Virus record (IMG/VR): IMGVR_UViG_3300025120_010481
Coordinates: 15,204-79,203 of that record
DNA length: 64,000 nt
Direction: 5' to 3' (one strand)
Origin: a virus
Position numbers and translations under genes: made by a program. The notes under the pieces are model-generated. The model was not told the DNA's origin and did not search any database. It worked only from the letters and a program-made list of their open reading frames with translations. Below are positions 10,114 through 20,455 of the stretch, piece after piece. Numbering within the stretch: position 1 is the stretch's first letter; the number at the start of each line of letters is the position of its first letter.

Positions 10114-11102
10114 CTATTCTTAAACTCCTTTAATATTTCCATCACCCTAACTTGATTAGAGTGATTTTTCAAAACAAAATCCTTACCCTTCGAGGCAATA
10201 GCATTTCTCTCAGAGTCATTTTTAAGGTAATGATCAACTTTCTCTTTAAAGTCTTTTGGGGATTCTGCGATTACAATGTTGTCACCAAACATTTTATATC
10301 CCTCTACATTATCGCTAATACAGAACCCTCCAGCACATAAAACTTTAAATATTCTTTCATTTACATCAAATCCAAACTTCTGTGCGTGAGGCTCAGAAAG
10401 ATTAGGACAGATTTTAGCTGAAGCAAATAAGTCTTTTACTTTATCGTCTTTGATTAGCCCACAATATTGATTTACATACCAGTTTTGATTTCCAAAAATT
10501 TTAACATTGTACTCGCCAACATTTTTAAGCAATGGGAAAAGGTAAGGTTCTATTACTTGCCCCTTGTAAGGCCAGTACCCGCCAACAAAACCAATGTCAC
10601 AGGCGTAGTTAGGGTCTAAAGTTGGGCTGGCGTAAGAATCTACATCTGCACACATCATTATAGAAGCGGCTCTAACCCCGATGCTTTCGTAGTGATTGTG
10701 AGTTTGTTCCAGTGCCTCTTTTGGGTAATGAATATGAACGAACGAAATTTGACCAGTTTCACCTTGCAGTCTTTTCAAGGTTTCAATTTCACCTTTCGTC
10801 GCGTAAAGTATATTGTAAATGCTTTTGTCTACTTCTTTTTCATGGTCTCCCCAGTCTCCTGCACGTAGGCCAACTTTTAAATGCGGTCTTTCTTTTATAC
10901 ATTTAATAACTGCTGGAGTCAAGTTATATAATTGCCCCAAAAAAATATCTGGCTCAAAACTATCGAAAGCGTCAAACGCTGGAACTGCATTGCAGTCCCA
11001 CAAAGCAACTGACACTCCATGTATATTTGAAAGTGCGTTAGCCCAAGACTGCCTCTGGTAGTAATGAGCGTGGTATCCATCGCTAGAAATTAATATCTTC
11101 AT
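10110..11102 (-). CDS. Glycosyltransferase (CgeB/Glyco_trans_1_2-like, GT-B)
   Basis: CDIGFVGGY, SAKICPN, NERIFKVLCAGGFCISD. Confidence 0.8.
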   Translation of the reverse strand: MKILISSDGYHAHYYQRQSWANALSNIHGVSVALWDCNAVPAFDAFDSFEPDIFLGQLYNLTPAVIKCIKERPHLKVGLRAGDWGDHEKEVDKSIYNILYATKGEIETLKRLQGETGQISFVHIHYPKEALEQTHNHYESIGVRAASIMMCADVDSYASPTLDPNYACDIGFVGGYWPYKGQVIEPYLFPLLKNVGEYNVKIFGNQNWYVNQYCGLIKDDKVKDLFASAKICPNLSEPHAQKFGFDVNERIFKVLCAGGFCISDNVEGYKMFGDNIVIAESPKDFKEKVDHYLKNDSERNAIASKGKDFVLKNHSNQVRVMEILKEFKNR

Positions 11103-11808
11103 TTTTTGCGTCCTTTATTGTGTCGATTTCCAGTATTTTCATGTGTTTAGGCTCTATACATTTAAATGAGCCACCCTCAGAAATGATTTGATTTATTAGT
11201 TCGAATGACAACATCTTTTTGTCTGTTTCGTTAAATTTATTAAATATATTTCTTAGCAGATACAATTCCTTGCCAGTAAAGAACGCTATCTGACACCATT
11301 TTTTTTCAAGACCATAAGATAAAACCGAGAGCCTGCCATCAACTTCAACCAAGCCAACTTCGTTTTTCTTCATCATTCCCGTTGAGTCTACGACCACAAA
11401 AGATTCATGGTAATTTATTTCAGCCAATAAGTCCCTATTAAAAACTAAATCTCCGTGAAGGAAAATAAAGTTAGAAGTTACAGAGGCGTTAAATGCCAAC
11501 CTTAAACTTTCTGAATTGTTAGTAGTTTCGTAAAGTTGATTTTCAACGATTCTGACCTTTTCTCCTATTTTTTTAAAAACTCTATGAGGCTTGCAGCCCA
11601 CAACCGTCACAATATCAGGCTTTTCAAAGGCAAATTTTATAGCATCCAACTGCCAATCAATTATAAGTTTATCTTTAATCTTTATAAGACTTCTCGGCTC
11701 GCATGATTTTATTCTAGCTCCCAGCCCAGCGTTAAGAATGGCGACTGATACATCCTTTAGTTTTTTTGAGTCCTTGGAGGGCAATATTTTTGCTGTATTT
11801 CTATCCAT
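11083..11808 (-). CDS. Sugar/choline-phosphate nucleotidyltransferase (NTP_transf family)
   Basis: AILNAGLGARI..PRSL, N.LYETTNN..SL, HGDL, EIDT..D. Confidence 0.8.
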   Translation of the reverse strand: MDRNTAKILPSKDSKKLKDVSVAILNAGLGARIKSCEPRSLIKIKDKLIIDWQLDAIKFAFEKPDIVTVVGCKPHRVFKKIGEKVRIVENQLYETTNNSESLRLAFNASVTSNFIFLHGDLVFNRDLLAEINYHESFVVVDSTGMMKKNEVGLVEVDGRLSVLSYGLEKKWCQIAFFTGKELYLLRNIFNKFNETDKKMLSFELINQIISEGGSFKCIEPKHMKILEIDTIKDAKNEDINF

Positions 11809-12532
11809 TGATACCTCTTATAACCTTGGCGTTTTCATTGAATATTTCTGATGTCATTTTCATTGATTGATTTCTACCATGCTGATTTGCATAACCTAAA
11901 TTTTCAGGCACATGAGTCATTAAGCAAACGTTTGAAAGCCTCAACCATAAATCGTAATCTTCTGTACATCCTATAAATGGCTGACTGGCTGGCCCATGTA
12001 ATTTACTATTGTAGAATTCTCCATTAGGTGAAACAATCATTTCTAAATATTTTTTCTTAATCAAAGAATTACTGTGAACGATACATTCATGGTGAAGTAA
12101 CTGCTTGTCGTAGGCTTTTTTAAATTCGCGTTTAGTGTAAGTAGGAAAAACATTTTCGTAATCAGCGTATGCCACTCCGACCTCATCGTGAGCGACAAGT
12201 TTGGCTACCAATTTTTCTACTTTTTCTGGGCGATAGCCATCATCAGCATCTAGTACGCCAATAATATCAGCCCAGTCCCAACACATTCTAATCGCCACAT
12301 TACGGGCGACACTAGCACCAGAGTTTTCTATATTTAAGATTTCGACTTCAATTTTGTCAGTATTAAAATTTCGTATCTTCTCCCAAGAATCGTCGGTTGA
12401 ACCATCATCTACGACATACAGGCGAAGCTCACCTTTGTATGTTTGGCTTGCAATGCTTTCCATAGCCTCAATAATATAGTCACTATAGTTATAATTAGCA
12501 CAAATAATAGCAACTTTAGGTAAATTATTCAT
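11801..12532 (-). CDS. Glycosyltransferase family 2
   Basis: ANYNY..YI.EA.ES...QT, VVDDGSTD, NSGASVARN, LDADD, EDYDLWLR. Confidence 0.92.
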   Translation of the reverse strand: MNNLPKVAIICANYNYSDYIIEAMESIASQTYKGELRLYVVDDGSTDDSWEKIRNFNTDKIEVEILNIENSGASVARNVAIRMCWDWADIIGVLDADDGYRPEKVEKLVAKLVAHDEVGVAYADYENVFPTYTKREFKKAYDKQLLHHECIVHSNSLIKKKYLEMIVSPNGEFYNSKLHGPASQPFIGCTEDYDLWLRLSNVCLMTHVPENLGYANQHGRNQSMKMTSEIFNENAKVIRGING

Positions 12533-13343
12533 TGTTGAATTTCTCCCATGTGAGAAGACACTCTTCATTGCTTCTACTTGCGGCATCTCTAACCTTTTCG
12601 ACGAACGGTCTACTGTCAGAATATTCGTCGTTAAAAACCTTTGTTTTATTTCCGTTCAGAAACTTAAACAGGGGAGTGTGAAACAACATGCCATCTGACT
12701 CGCTGTAAGGCTCAACAAGCGACAATCTTTTAAGTTCTATGTTTACCCGATTATGAACCCTTTTGATCAAGTCTCTAGCTACAGGCTCGCCAGAAGTAGT
12801 CACGTAAAGCCATCCGTTTTTAGCATGAGTAAATGCTTCGTCCACAACTCTATCAACATTTACAAACTTAGCTTCCATTTGCACTATGTGAAACTCTGTA
12901 ATGTCCCAAGTAAAATTGGATGTTAGAACGCCAAAAATTTCTTCGTTGTATTCAACTCTGTCGTTAATTACGGCGATATATCTTGCTGGCACTTCTTCTT
13001 GATTTGCGATATCTTGAACTGTTTTTTCTAAGTCCACAATGGGATTTTCGGATTCTGCATTAAACTTTAGAAAAAATCCAACGCGAGGATGTATTTCTTC
13101 TAGTACGTGAGATTTAGGGTCTTGATAGTCATCTATTTCATCTAGCCAGTCTTGCGGCCTATAGGTTGTGCAAAATCTTTCTAGTTTGAACCAATCTTTT
13201 TTTTCTTGGATTCCTAGTTTTTCAGCCCTGTTTAGCTCACATCCCGCTTGAACTTCATTTTCATCTAGGACTGCAAATACGCAGCCATCGCAACTTGAGT
13301 GGACTTGTAATTCCTGAGTTGTTTTATTTTCTGGTTCGCTCAT
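12525..13343 (-). CDS. Hypothetical protein (N-terminal CxxC)
   Basis: 272 aa ORF, coupled to neighbours. Confidence 0.6.
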   Translation of the reverse strand: MSEPENKTTQELQVHSSCDGCVFAVLDENEVQAGCELNRAEKLGIQEKKDWFKLERFCTTYRPQDWLDEIDDYQDPKSHVLEEIHPRVGFFLKFNAESENPIVDLEKTVQDIANQEEVPARYIAVINDRVEYNEEIFGVLTSNFTWDITEFHIVQMEAKFVNVDRVVDEAFTHAKNGWLYVTTSGEPVARDLIKRVHNRVNIELKRLSLVEPYSESDGMLFHTPLFKFLNGNKTKVFNDEYSDSRPFVEKVRDAASRSNEECLLTWEKFNNE

Positions 13344-13825
13344 TAGTTTCCTCCCGACTGAGATAGACCTGAAACTCTTTGCATAGTTACTTGAACAATA
13401 GGTTCAGTGCTAAAATTGACTTGCTTTTCAAGCCGTACACCTAATTGGTTTTCAATTGACTCGATGTAAGACAAAAGTGTCTCGTAATCAATGCCAAAGG
13501 AGCGACACTGTTGAATATCTGAAAATATAAAATTATTAAAGTCGTTTAAGGTGATATTGCCTTTTGTCATCTCCCTAGAAAGTCTAGGAATATCAAATGT
13601 GTTGATTTGCAGTATTCCACCTAATCTTATTTTAGACACAAGGTGAGCAAGTAAATCTCTGAAGTGTTCGGGCTTGCAGGCCGAGAAAAAATTGTCGCAG
13701 ACTAAAAGCCTACATTCTGAAGGCTCGCACTCCATGTCTAGTTCTGCAAGGCTGTGAACTACCTTCTCCGTGACCTTCCGAAGTTCCGCAGTTTGTAAAT
13801 TATATGGGGTAATAGTAATTCTCAT
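13343..13825 (-). CDS. Hypothetical protein, possibly a degenerate methyltransferase fold
   Basis: KIRLGGILQI resembles the LKPGG post-motif; GAGG RBS. Confidence 0.5.
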   Translation of the reverse strand: MRITITPYNLQTAELRKVTEKVVHSLAELDMECEPSECRLLVCDNFFSACKPEHFRDLLAHLVSKIRLGGILQINTFDIPRLSREMTKGNITLNDFNNFIFSDIQQCRSFGIDYETLLSYIESIENQLGVRLEKQVNFSTEPIVQVTMQRVSGLSQSGGN

Positions 13826-13838
13826 TATGTATTCCTCG

Positions 13839-14819
13839 TTAGTTTTTGGTGACAATTTCTTTAAAGTGTAAATTCCAATCGCTTACAAATCTCTCCATGT
13901 TGAAGCATTTATTTACCGTTTCCTTCGCTTTTAAGCCCATCTGTTGAGCTTTGTCTTCATCTTGCAATAACTCTGCACAAAAAGATATTAGCTCATTTGG
14001 ATCGTTGCTTAGATATCCATTTACGCCATGTTCGATAATCTCTGGGATCATGCAGTTGTTGGTTGAAACAATCGGTAGCCCGCACGCCATAGCCTCTAGC
14101 ATTGAAGTTGGAACGGGCGAGACTAAAGAGGTGTTCAGGTAAAGAGACGCTTCTTGGTACAGAAATCTTAGATGCCCTTTAGATTCAGCGGCACTTGAGA
14201 AGTTGGGGTGAGATGTGCATTTTCCAACAACCCCACACGGCACGCTCTCGCTAATCGCACGCCACAAATTAAAACCACAACACCAATCTCTTGTAGGAAA
14301 TTCGTTTACCACTGAAATACAGTGAGGTTTTTTGGCCGCACCAACTTCCTCGCCCCAAAACCCTACATCAATTCCATGCTCGATAACTTTAGCAAAGGGA
14401 TCAACACCCCATTCGTTCTTGCTGTAATTTGATATAAAAACATTTGAATTAGGCCATTTAAACATTTCCAAGTTTTCATTCGAATTTGGCTGTGGTAAAA
14501 TATGCGTTAAAAGAATTACGGGTGCTCCAAAGTTTTTAGATATTTCCATAGCGGCAGGCATATGGCTTTGGTGTTGAGCTAAAATCAAATCAATCTTTAG
14601 AGTGTTGGGAATCATTTTAATTTGATGGTAGTTACTAGGAACTTCCCCGTATTCAGTATCCCAAGTTTTACCGCCTATATCCAAGGAGTAAAAATTGTGA
14701 CCAGTTTTACAAAGTCCTTGCTCATATCGCTCGTGAGTAGCGAATGTCAAAATATTCAACTCGCTCAAATCTTTGCGAAACATGTAAGAGCTAATTGTTT
14801 CATGTGTTGCGTTATACAT
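13839..14819 (-). CDS. Glycosyltransferase family 4
   Basis: VIEHGID, SMLEAMACGLPIVST, EIIEHGVNG. Confidence 0.9.
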   Translation of the reverse strand: MYNATHETISSYMFRKDLSELNILTFATHERYEQGLCKTGHNFYSLDIGGKTWDTEYGEVPSNYHQIKMIPNTLKIDLILAQHQSHMPAAMEISKNFGAPVILLTHILPQPNSNENLEMFKWPNSNVFISNYSKNEWGVDPFAKVIEHGIDVGFWGEEVGAAKKPHCISVVNEFPTRDWCCGFNLWRAISESVPCGVVGKCTSHPNFSSAAESKGHLRFLYQEASLYLNTSLVSPVPTSMLEAMACGLPIVSTNNCMIPEIIEHGVNGYLSNDPNELISFCAELLQDEDKAQQMGLKAKETVNKCFNMERFVSDWNLHFKEIVTKN

Positions 14820-15912
14820 TTTTTCCCTTTAGTAAGTTTTCAATGTTTTCTTTCATTGCATTGCCCACAGATTGTAAGCTAAGTAGGGCGTGCCAGCTAG
14901 AATCCGCTTTTTCTATTGGGGTTTCGTACCGTTCTCTCATAGCTTTTCTCAGTTCTGTAACGTCGATTTCATTCCAAGTTTGATGTGCTGTCTGCAAAAA
15001 CGGCATAGTGTCCAACGCACCAAAACAAGGCTCGACCCTTGACGGAACAAACTTCATTAGTTCGTTTTCGTGAGGTATTAACTCTGTTCCCTCTGCTGAT
15101 ATAACAGGGATATTTAAAGCCATAGCCTCCCAAGCTGGGATGCACCATCCTTCTGCTCTACTTGGAACTACCAAGCAATTACACTGAGATAAAACGCCAT
15201 AGTAATCTTTTTCTTCCATCATGCCTGCTACGAAAATTTCTTCAATGTAGCGGTTTCTAATTTTTAAGCCCGCTTTGATTTGATTTGCGTACTGCTTCAA
15301 GGTATCTATATCTACGCCAGATGTTTTTATAAATAAGTTAACAGGCTCGCTTGGGTCAAACTCTGCATGAAAGGCTCTTAAAAGTGCTTTTAAATTTTTT
15401 CTTTCTACAAACTCACCTACGAACCCGAAGTTAAAACGATCAACCATTCTATCTATTTTTCCACCCATTCCAGATAGGTACAATATTTTGTCTGCGTCAA
15501 GAGGTATTGGGACAACCTTGATGGGTGTAGTTACGCCGCTGGCGATTGCATCTCTACGGTTTTTGTTCGTAGCAACCCAAAGCTCGTCCATCATATTTAG
15601 CTGTTTGATCCACTCGATTGGAACAGAGTTGGCCTCAAAATAAAACACTCCAATATTTTTATATCTACTATCATAGCTATAAAGATTCGGAAGCGTGTGT
15701 TGAATACAAACATCTGGAGAGCCGTCAAGTTTACCATTTTTGGCTTGTAGCAGAAGCAAAGCCTCGTTTTTAGTTTCGTAGCTACCGTTGAATGTTATGC
15801 CTTTAGGGTAAACCTTAACTCCGTCTGCCATTGATAAGGATAGAATATTGGCCCTTGCTGCGTTTCCCCAGCCAGTGCCGTCATTGTAATTTCCTATATA
15901 CAAAACTTTCAT
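14812..15912 (-). CDS. Glycosyltransferase family 4
   Basis: ERKNLKALLRAF, VVPSRAEGWCIPAWEAMA. Confidence 0.9.
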   Translation of the reverse strand: MKVLYIGNYNDGTGWGNAARANILSLSMADGVKVYPKGITFNGSYETKNEALLLLQAKNGKLDGSPDVCIQHTLPNLYSYDSRYKNIGVFYFEANSVPIEWIKQLNMMDELWVATNKNRRDAIASGVTTPIKVVPIPLDADKILYLSGMGGKIDRMVDRFNFGFVGEFVERKNLKALLRAFHAEFDPSEPVNLFIKTSGVDIDTLKQYANQIKAGLKIRNRYIEEIFVAGMMEEKDYYGVLSQCNCLVVPSRAEGWCIPAWEAMALNIPVISAEGTELIPHENELMKFVPSRVEPCFGALDTMPFLQTAHQTWNEIDVTELRKAMRERYETPIEKADSSWHALLSLQSVGNAMKENIENLLKGKNV

Positions 15913-17558
15913 TGTGAGAACTTCCTTTGGTTTGATTGGTGTCTGGCTGACTCCCAGCCATTTAACTGATTCCTAAAGTTAATCATTTCTTCTAGTGCTT
16001 GATCAATTGAAAACGGCTGCATACTTCCGTGACTTTTGTTGTGTGACTCATTAAAGTAAAAGTCTTTGCTGAGATTTTGGCATTTATATCCAAACGTGCA
16101 ATCCTTTATAACTTTTCTCCAAAAGAAACTTCCTATCCATTCCGGCTTGTGAAGAACGTCAGTAAACAAAAAGTTAACCTTATCTAAAACAGATACTATG
16201 TTTTCCGGTATCTGTCTAGCAGGCTGAAAGATTTTCGGTGGAGATAGCCAAGTGCTTTCTATTGGTGTTAGCTGTATTTTTTCAAAGTGAGACTTCCACT
16301 TTTCTGCTGTTTCCTTCCAGCTATACACTTTCAAAGCGTTTCCTCTAATCTCAAGTCCACGCTTTGCATTACCCTGCTTGCCTAGTCTAATCAAGTTTGT
16401 CATAACTTCAATAAACTGTTCGTTGTCTGGTATCGCCCTATCACAACCAGTTTCACATTCCTTGTAAAACGATAAAGGCTGAATTGGAATTCCGTCAATG
16501 TTTTTAATGACAGACTCCATTGCCGAATAGTTAATCGAAACAACAGGTAGTCCACAATACGCAGCTTCTAGTTGAGGCATACCAAAACCTTCGCTGTTTG
16601 CGTACTGAACGTAAACGTCAAATAGGTTATAGATTCCAGCCAACTGATTGGAGTCTATGCTATTTGAGATGCCAGCGAGTTGATTGGTAAAGTTTCCACA
16701 CTTTTTGCAGACTTGAACGCCATCGTTAAAAAAGTCAGTAGTAATTGCACCACAGGTTTTACATTTGTATGTAAACAGCACTCTACTTGACAGATTGTAA
16801 TCATTTAACAAACTTGGGATATCCCATCCGATATCTGGGTAGTATGTATGGCAATACAGAAATACATCATCTCTGTGCGTTTTGTCTAGTATTTTTCTAA
16901 ATGACGCAAATAAATCTGGGTATAGCTTTCTTTTCTGGTTCCTCATAACTGTGCCGATTATAAAAGAATCCCCAGACATACCAAGGGATTCTTTATGCTC
17001 GTGCTTATTTAGCGGCTTGAAAATTTCGGGGTCTGCCGATGGAGATGCTATATCAATAAACTTAATATCGTCACACTGGCTTTGCAGTACGTCTCTACCA
17101 AATTCAGAATATGTAAAAACTGAATCAGCAGAAGCGTAAGTGTTTACCCATTGAGGGTCTTGAGGTTGAGCGTCAACCGTTGGCATGATAGACCAGTGGA
17201 AAAAGTCTCTAAATGGAGACCTTTGCTCAAATTCGAACATCCACCAATCTCGAATATCCATGACTACATCTGGCTGAAAATCTAGCAAAACAGCATTGAA
17301 AGTCTGATCGCCAAACTGAGATGCTGGATTCCCAGAGTAAGCAGCAAATTCAGCGTCCTCTTTTAACGGCTTGTTGGGATATACTTTCCACGGCACGTTC
17401 TTGATCGCTTGATTGTTTCTGTCTACGTAGCAGGATAATTCGGCCACTTCAAAGTGAGGGACTTTAGACAAGTAGCCAAGTACATTTTTTGTGTAAACGG
17501 AATACCCTGTGCTTAACTCGCTAAACTCTGTAACGAATAATATCTTGGTTTTTCTCAT
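15909..17558 (-). CDS. Glycosyltransferase family 4 with internal CxxC..CxxC insert
   Basis: TGYSVY, VMRNQKRK, SEGFGMPQLEAAYCG; CKTC..CKKC insert; start MRKTK at 17558. Confidence 0.88.
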   Translation of the reverse strand: MRKTKILFVTEFSELSTGYSVYTKNVLGYLSKVPHFEVAELSCYVDRNNQAIKNVPWKVYPNKPLKEDAEFAAYSGNPASQFGDQTFNAVLLDFQPDVVMDIRDWWMFEFEQRSPFRDFFHWSIMPTVDAQPQDPQWVNTYASADSVFTYSEFGRDVLQSQCDDIKFIDIASPSADPEIFKPLNKHEHKESLGMSGDSFIIGTVMRNQKRKLYPDLFASFRKILDKTHRDDVFLYCHTYYPDIGWDIPSLLNDYNLSSRVLFTYKCKTCGAITTDFFNDGVQVCKKCGNFTNQLAGISNSIDSNQLAGIYNLFDVYVQYANSEGFGMPQLEAAYCGLPVVSINYSAMESVIKNIDGIPIQPLSFYKECETGCDRAIPDNEQFIEVMTNLIRLGKQGNAKRGLEIRGNALKVYSWKETAEKWKSHFEKIQLTPIESTWLSPPKIFQPARQIPENIVSVLDKVNFLFTDVLHKPEWIGSFFWRKVIKDCTFGYKCQNLSKDFYFNESHNKSHGSMQPFSIDQALEEMINFRNQLNGWESARHQSNQRKFSQ

Positions 17559-17566
17559 GGCTGATC

Positions 17567-17884
17567 CTAGTGAATTATTTTGAAACTTGTAACTCGGAAG
17601 TATGTCACTGGCGACTCTTCTCCATTGCCATGTAATTGAACGTGGTCGTTGCGTGCAACAGACTCTACGGCCATCAAAGTTCCCGCTTTTGCATATTTTT
17701 GAATAGCAAGGGCAGCAGAATCCCAAGCCTCAAGCTCTACATAGGTTACATTTCTCTTTTTCTCTCCACCAGACGACCTTCTAAACTCTTCTATTTCTAG
17801 CTCGAAGTTTACGACTGGGACACCATTTTCTTCATGTAGGTCGATTTCGTTCGAAACCAAACCCAAAAAACTACAATTATTCAT
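17567..17884 (-). CDS. Single-stranded DNA-binding protein-like (OB fold, no acidic tail)
   Basis: MNNCSFLG, VVNFEL, YVELEAW, KAGTLMAVE: SSB OB-fold pattern. Confidence 0.7.
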   Translation of the reverse strand: MNNCSFLGLVSNEIDLHEENGVPVVNFELEIEEFRRSSGGEKKRNVTYVELEAWDSAALAIQKYAKAGTLMAVESVARNDHVQLHGNGEESPVTYFRVTSFKIIH

Positions 17885-17893
17885 AAAAACCTT

Positions 17894-19522
17894 TCAAATT
17901 TGTGAAACTTTATTCAATATAAGGGAGTTACCATCTCTACTGGACACTGTTCCGTTTATAAGAACCGTGTTTCCTTCAGTCAGCAAGTTTTTGTTCTTGC
18001 TATAATCCTCTGGGAAGGCAGTAACATCTAAAGACCCACTGCTGTCTTCAACTGACAAAAACGCCATAATGCTTCCGGCATTTTTACCCTTTTTTGTTTC
18101 ATACTCTCTTACTGAGGCTATAGAAACAGCAATAGAAGTTTTACCAATTATAGTACTATTATGTACATCTTTGCACATATTTTTTGCTAAATTTGATTTT
18201 ATTGAACCATCTACCACACTGCAAGTTAAAGAGCATCCAATTATTCTATTTTCTAAGTTCGCTATAGTCCAAGCGTGATCCTCTGTCGAGTAAGGGGGGT
18301 TTTTCAAAGACTCGACTAAATCAAGTAATTCTGAAACCTTTTTGGGTTGAACGATTATCCTGCCCCCATCACATTCTTTTGCTATGTATTGATATTCTGA
18401 CGAATCTTTGATAGAAACGTATTTATATTCTAGTGCTAATGAAATCCAAGCGTGTAAATCATCAAACGCCCCAGAGTAATGTTTGTACAAATTAGCAATG
18501 TGCTTTTTGATTGATGCAGATAAAGAGTTCCACACCCCGTATTCATAAAGCATTTTATTTCTTTGCGTTTTATTGTTTTTGCCATTAAACGCACCAATTG
18601 AAATCAGTGACTCAATAGTTCTTTTGCCTAGCTTTTCACCTTGTTTAACCCCGCCAAACGTAAATAAACAGTCAAGCCAAGTAAAAGAAGGAATATCTTT
18701 TGTTTTACCTAGCTTTTCTATGACCTGCACATCTACCGCAGAAACATTTTTAGCGTTAGAAATACCAAAATAAATAACACTCTTATCCTTATCCATAGTA
18801 AAGTCAGGGAACAACCTTGAAAGCGAAGGGGGATAAACTTCAATACTGTGATTCTTAGCATCCATAACAAATTCTTTTACGTCATCGCTATCTTTTGCGT
18901 GATTTAAATAAACCTCAAAAAATTTCAACGGCCTATGAGCCTTGCAGTAAGCACTTTGGTATGTATTAACAGCGTAAGCAATGCCATGAGATTTATTAAA
19001 TGCGTATCTACTTGATTTTTCAATCCAAGAAAAAATTTCTTCAGCTATTTCTTCCGAGACAATGCCTTGCTCTCCAGCACCAGAGATAAACCTTTCTTTA
19101 ACTTCAAGCATCAACTTGGCTTTCTTTTTACCAATCGCTTTTCTTAGGTTGTCAGCTTCTTTCAAGTCGAAGCCAGATAAAACCTTGGCTATCATCATGG
19201 ACTGTTCTTGGTAAACCAAAACACCATAAGTCTCTGAAAGGGTAGACTCCAAGGACGGATGATGGTACTTAGAGGGTTCCTTGCCTGACTTTCTGTCAAC
19301 ATAGGTTTGAGTCATAGACTTGCCATCCATGATAGCCTTCAAGCATCCCGGTCTAATCAAGGAAATCAAAGCCGATAACTCTGTAATACTTCTAGGTTTA
19401 ACCTTTTTAGCCCAACTGGAACCAAGCTGACTTTCAAGTTGAAATACGCCCTTGGTTCTTCCTTCGCTGATTAAATCCCAAGTTAATTTGTCATCAAAAT
19501 CATTAATATTAAAATCGTTCAC
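17894..19522 (-). CDS. dnaE: DNA polymerase III alpha subunit, C-terminal half (fingers, HhH, OB)
   Basis: TKGVFQLES, SLIRPG, TYGVLVYQEQ, ADNLRKAIGKK, YAFNKSH..AY, MAFLSVEDSSG. Confidence 0.93.
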   Translation of the reverse strand: MNDFNINDFDDKLTWDLISEGRTKGVFQLESQLGSSWAKKVKPRSITELSALISLIRPGCLKAIMDGKSMTQTYVDRKSGKEPSKYHHPSLESTLSETYGVLVYQEQSMMIAKVLSGFDLKEADNLRKAIGKKKAKLMLEVKERFISGAGEQGIVSEEIAEEIFSWIEKSSRYAFNKSHGIAYAVNTYQSAYCKAHRPLKFFEVYLNHAKDSDDVKEFVMDAKNHSIEVYPPSLSRLFPDFTMDKDKSVIYFGISNAKNVSAVDVQVIEKLGKTKDIPSFTWLDCLFTFGGVKQGEKLGKRTIESLISIGAFNGKNNKTQRNKMLYEYGVWNSLSASIKKHIANLYKHYSGAFDDLHAWISLALEYKYVSIKDSSEYQYIAKECDGGRIIVQPKKVSELLDLVESLKNPPYSTEDHAWTIANLENRIIGCSLTCSVVDGSIKSNLAKNMCKDVHNSTIIGKTSIAVSIASVREYETKKGKNAGSIMAFLSVEDSSGSLDVTAFPEDYSKNKNLLTEGNTVLINGTVSSRDGNSLILNKVSQI

Positions 19523-19530
19523 GTTAACCT

Positions 19531-20232
19531 CTAAGTTATATCAAAATTTCCGTTAGCAAATGCGTTCTTGAATTGAACCTTATTGTTGTCAATAATATTT
19601 CTTTGGAGCTTTAAAAATCTAATTAGAATATTCGCAGTATCTTTTACGTCTTGCAACGCATCATGTGCGTTTTCGTTAGGCATACCAAAGTACTCTCTTA
19701 GATAATCCATGTTATACTTATTTACTTCGGCGTGATTTTCAAACCAGCAGTAAATATGCTGCATCAAGTCGATTTTGTGAATTGGGTGGAATATTTTTTG
19801 CTCCCCATTTTTATCGCTTGTTGGGCCGTACTCTTGACAAAGCCTGTCTACGATCTTCATATCGAACCCATTAATATTGTAACCCGCAGCTATTGGTGCA
19901 TACCAAGGAGTTTTCTTGAAGTTAAACTGATCGCAAAACTTAGCGAAGTTTTTCCACACAGTCTTTGGCATTGGCCCTTTAGCAAGACTAGCTCTAGTTC
20001 TTTTTGTTACTTCTAGAGCACCTTCCTCGATTGGGTCAAAACCAGCGGCAATAGCTTTATCATCATTAGTTATGCACCTCATGGTACTTTCGAAAATGCC
20101 GTTAGGCTGAATCTTGAGCTTTCTTGCATGGATAGCTACGGCAGCAATTTGAGTGGGTTGACACTTTTCTGCGTTTCTTCCTGTGGTCTCAAAGTCAAAA
20201 ACAATTATATCACGATAATTCATATTAGCCAC
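19531..20232 (-). CDS. DEDDh 3'-5' exonuclease (DnaQ/epsilon-like)
   Basis: VFDFETTG, AGYNINGFD, AHDALQDV. Confidence 0.9.
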   Translation of the reverse strand: MANMNYRDIIVFDFETTGRNAEKCQPTQIAAVAIHARKLKIQPNGIFESTMRCITNDDKAIAAGFDPIEEGALEVTKRTRASLAKGPMPKTVWKNFAKFCDQFNFKKTPWYAPIAAGYNINGFDMKIVDRLCQEYGPTSDKNGEQKIFHPIHKIDLMQHIYCWFENHAEVNKYNMDYLREYFGMPNENAHDALQDVKDTANILIRFLKLQRNIIDNNKVQFKNAFANGNFDIT

Positions 20233-20455
20233 CCTTTTTTGAAATTTTTATAAATAAATCTGTAGCATCACCTAAGTCTTGGAACAATTCGTAAACCTTT
20301 TCTTTTTCACACCAAACTTGGTATTTACCCTTGGGAGTGTAATTCCCCATTATAACATCCTCCAAGTTGCATATAGATGCACCCTTTCTATTGACAACGG
20401 AATACCCGTGATAAACAACAGACATAATGTCTTCTTTGCCGCTAATAACTTTCAT
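20225..20455 (-). CDS. Hypothetical protein
   Basis: 76 aa ORF coupled between dnaE-N and the exonuclease. Confidence 0.55.
   Translation of the reverse strand: MKVISGKEDIMSVVYHGYSVVNRKGASICNLEDVIMGNYTPKGKYQVWCEKEKVYELFQDLGDATDLFIKISKKGG

Noticed and set aside
19523-20441. Intein or group I intron explaining the dnaE split
   Set aside because: No intein terminal motifs or evident intron core. The interval is filled by two coupled ORFs.
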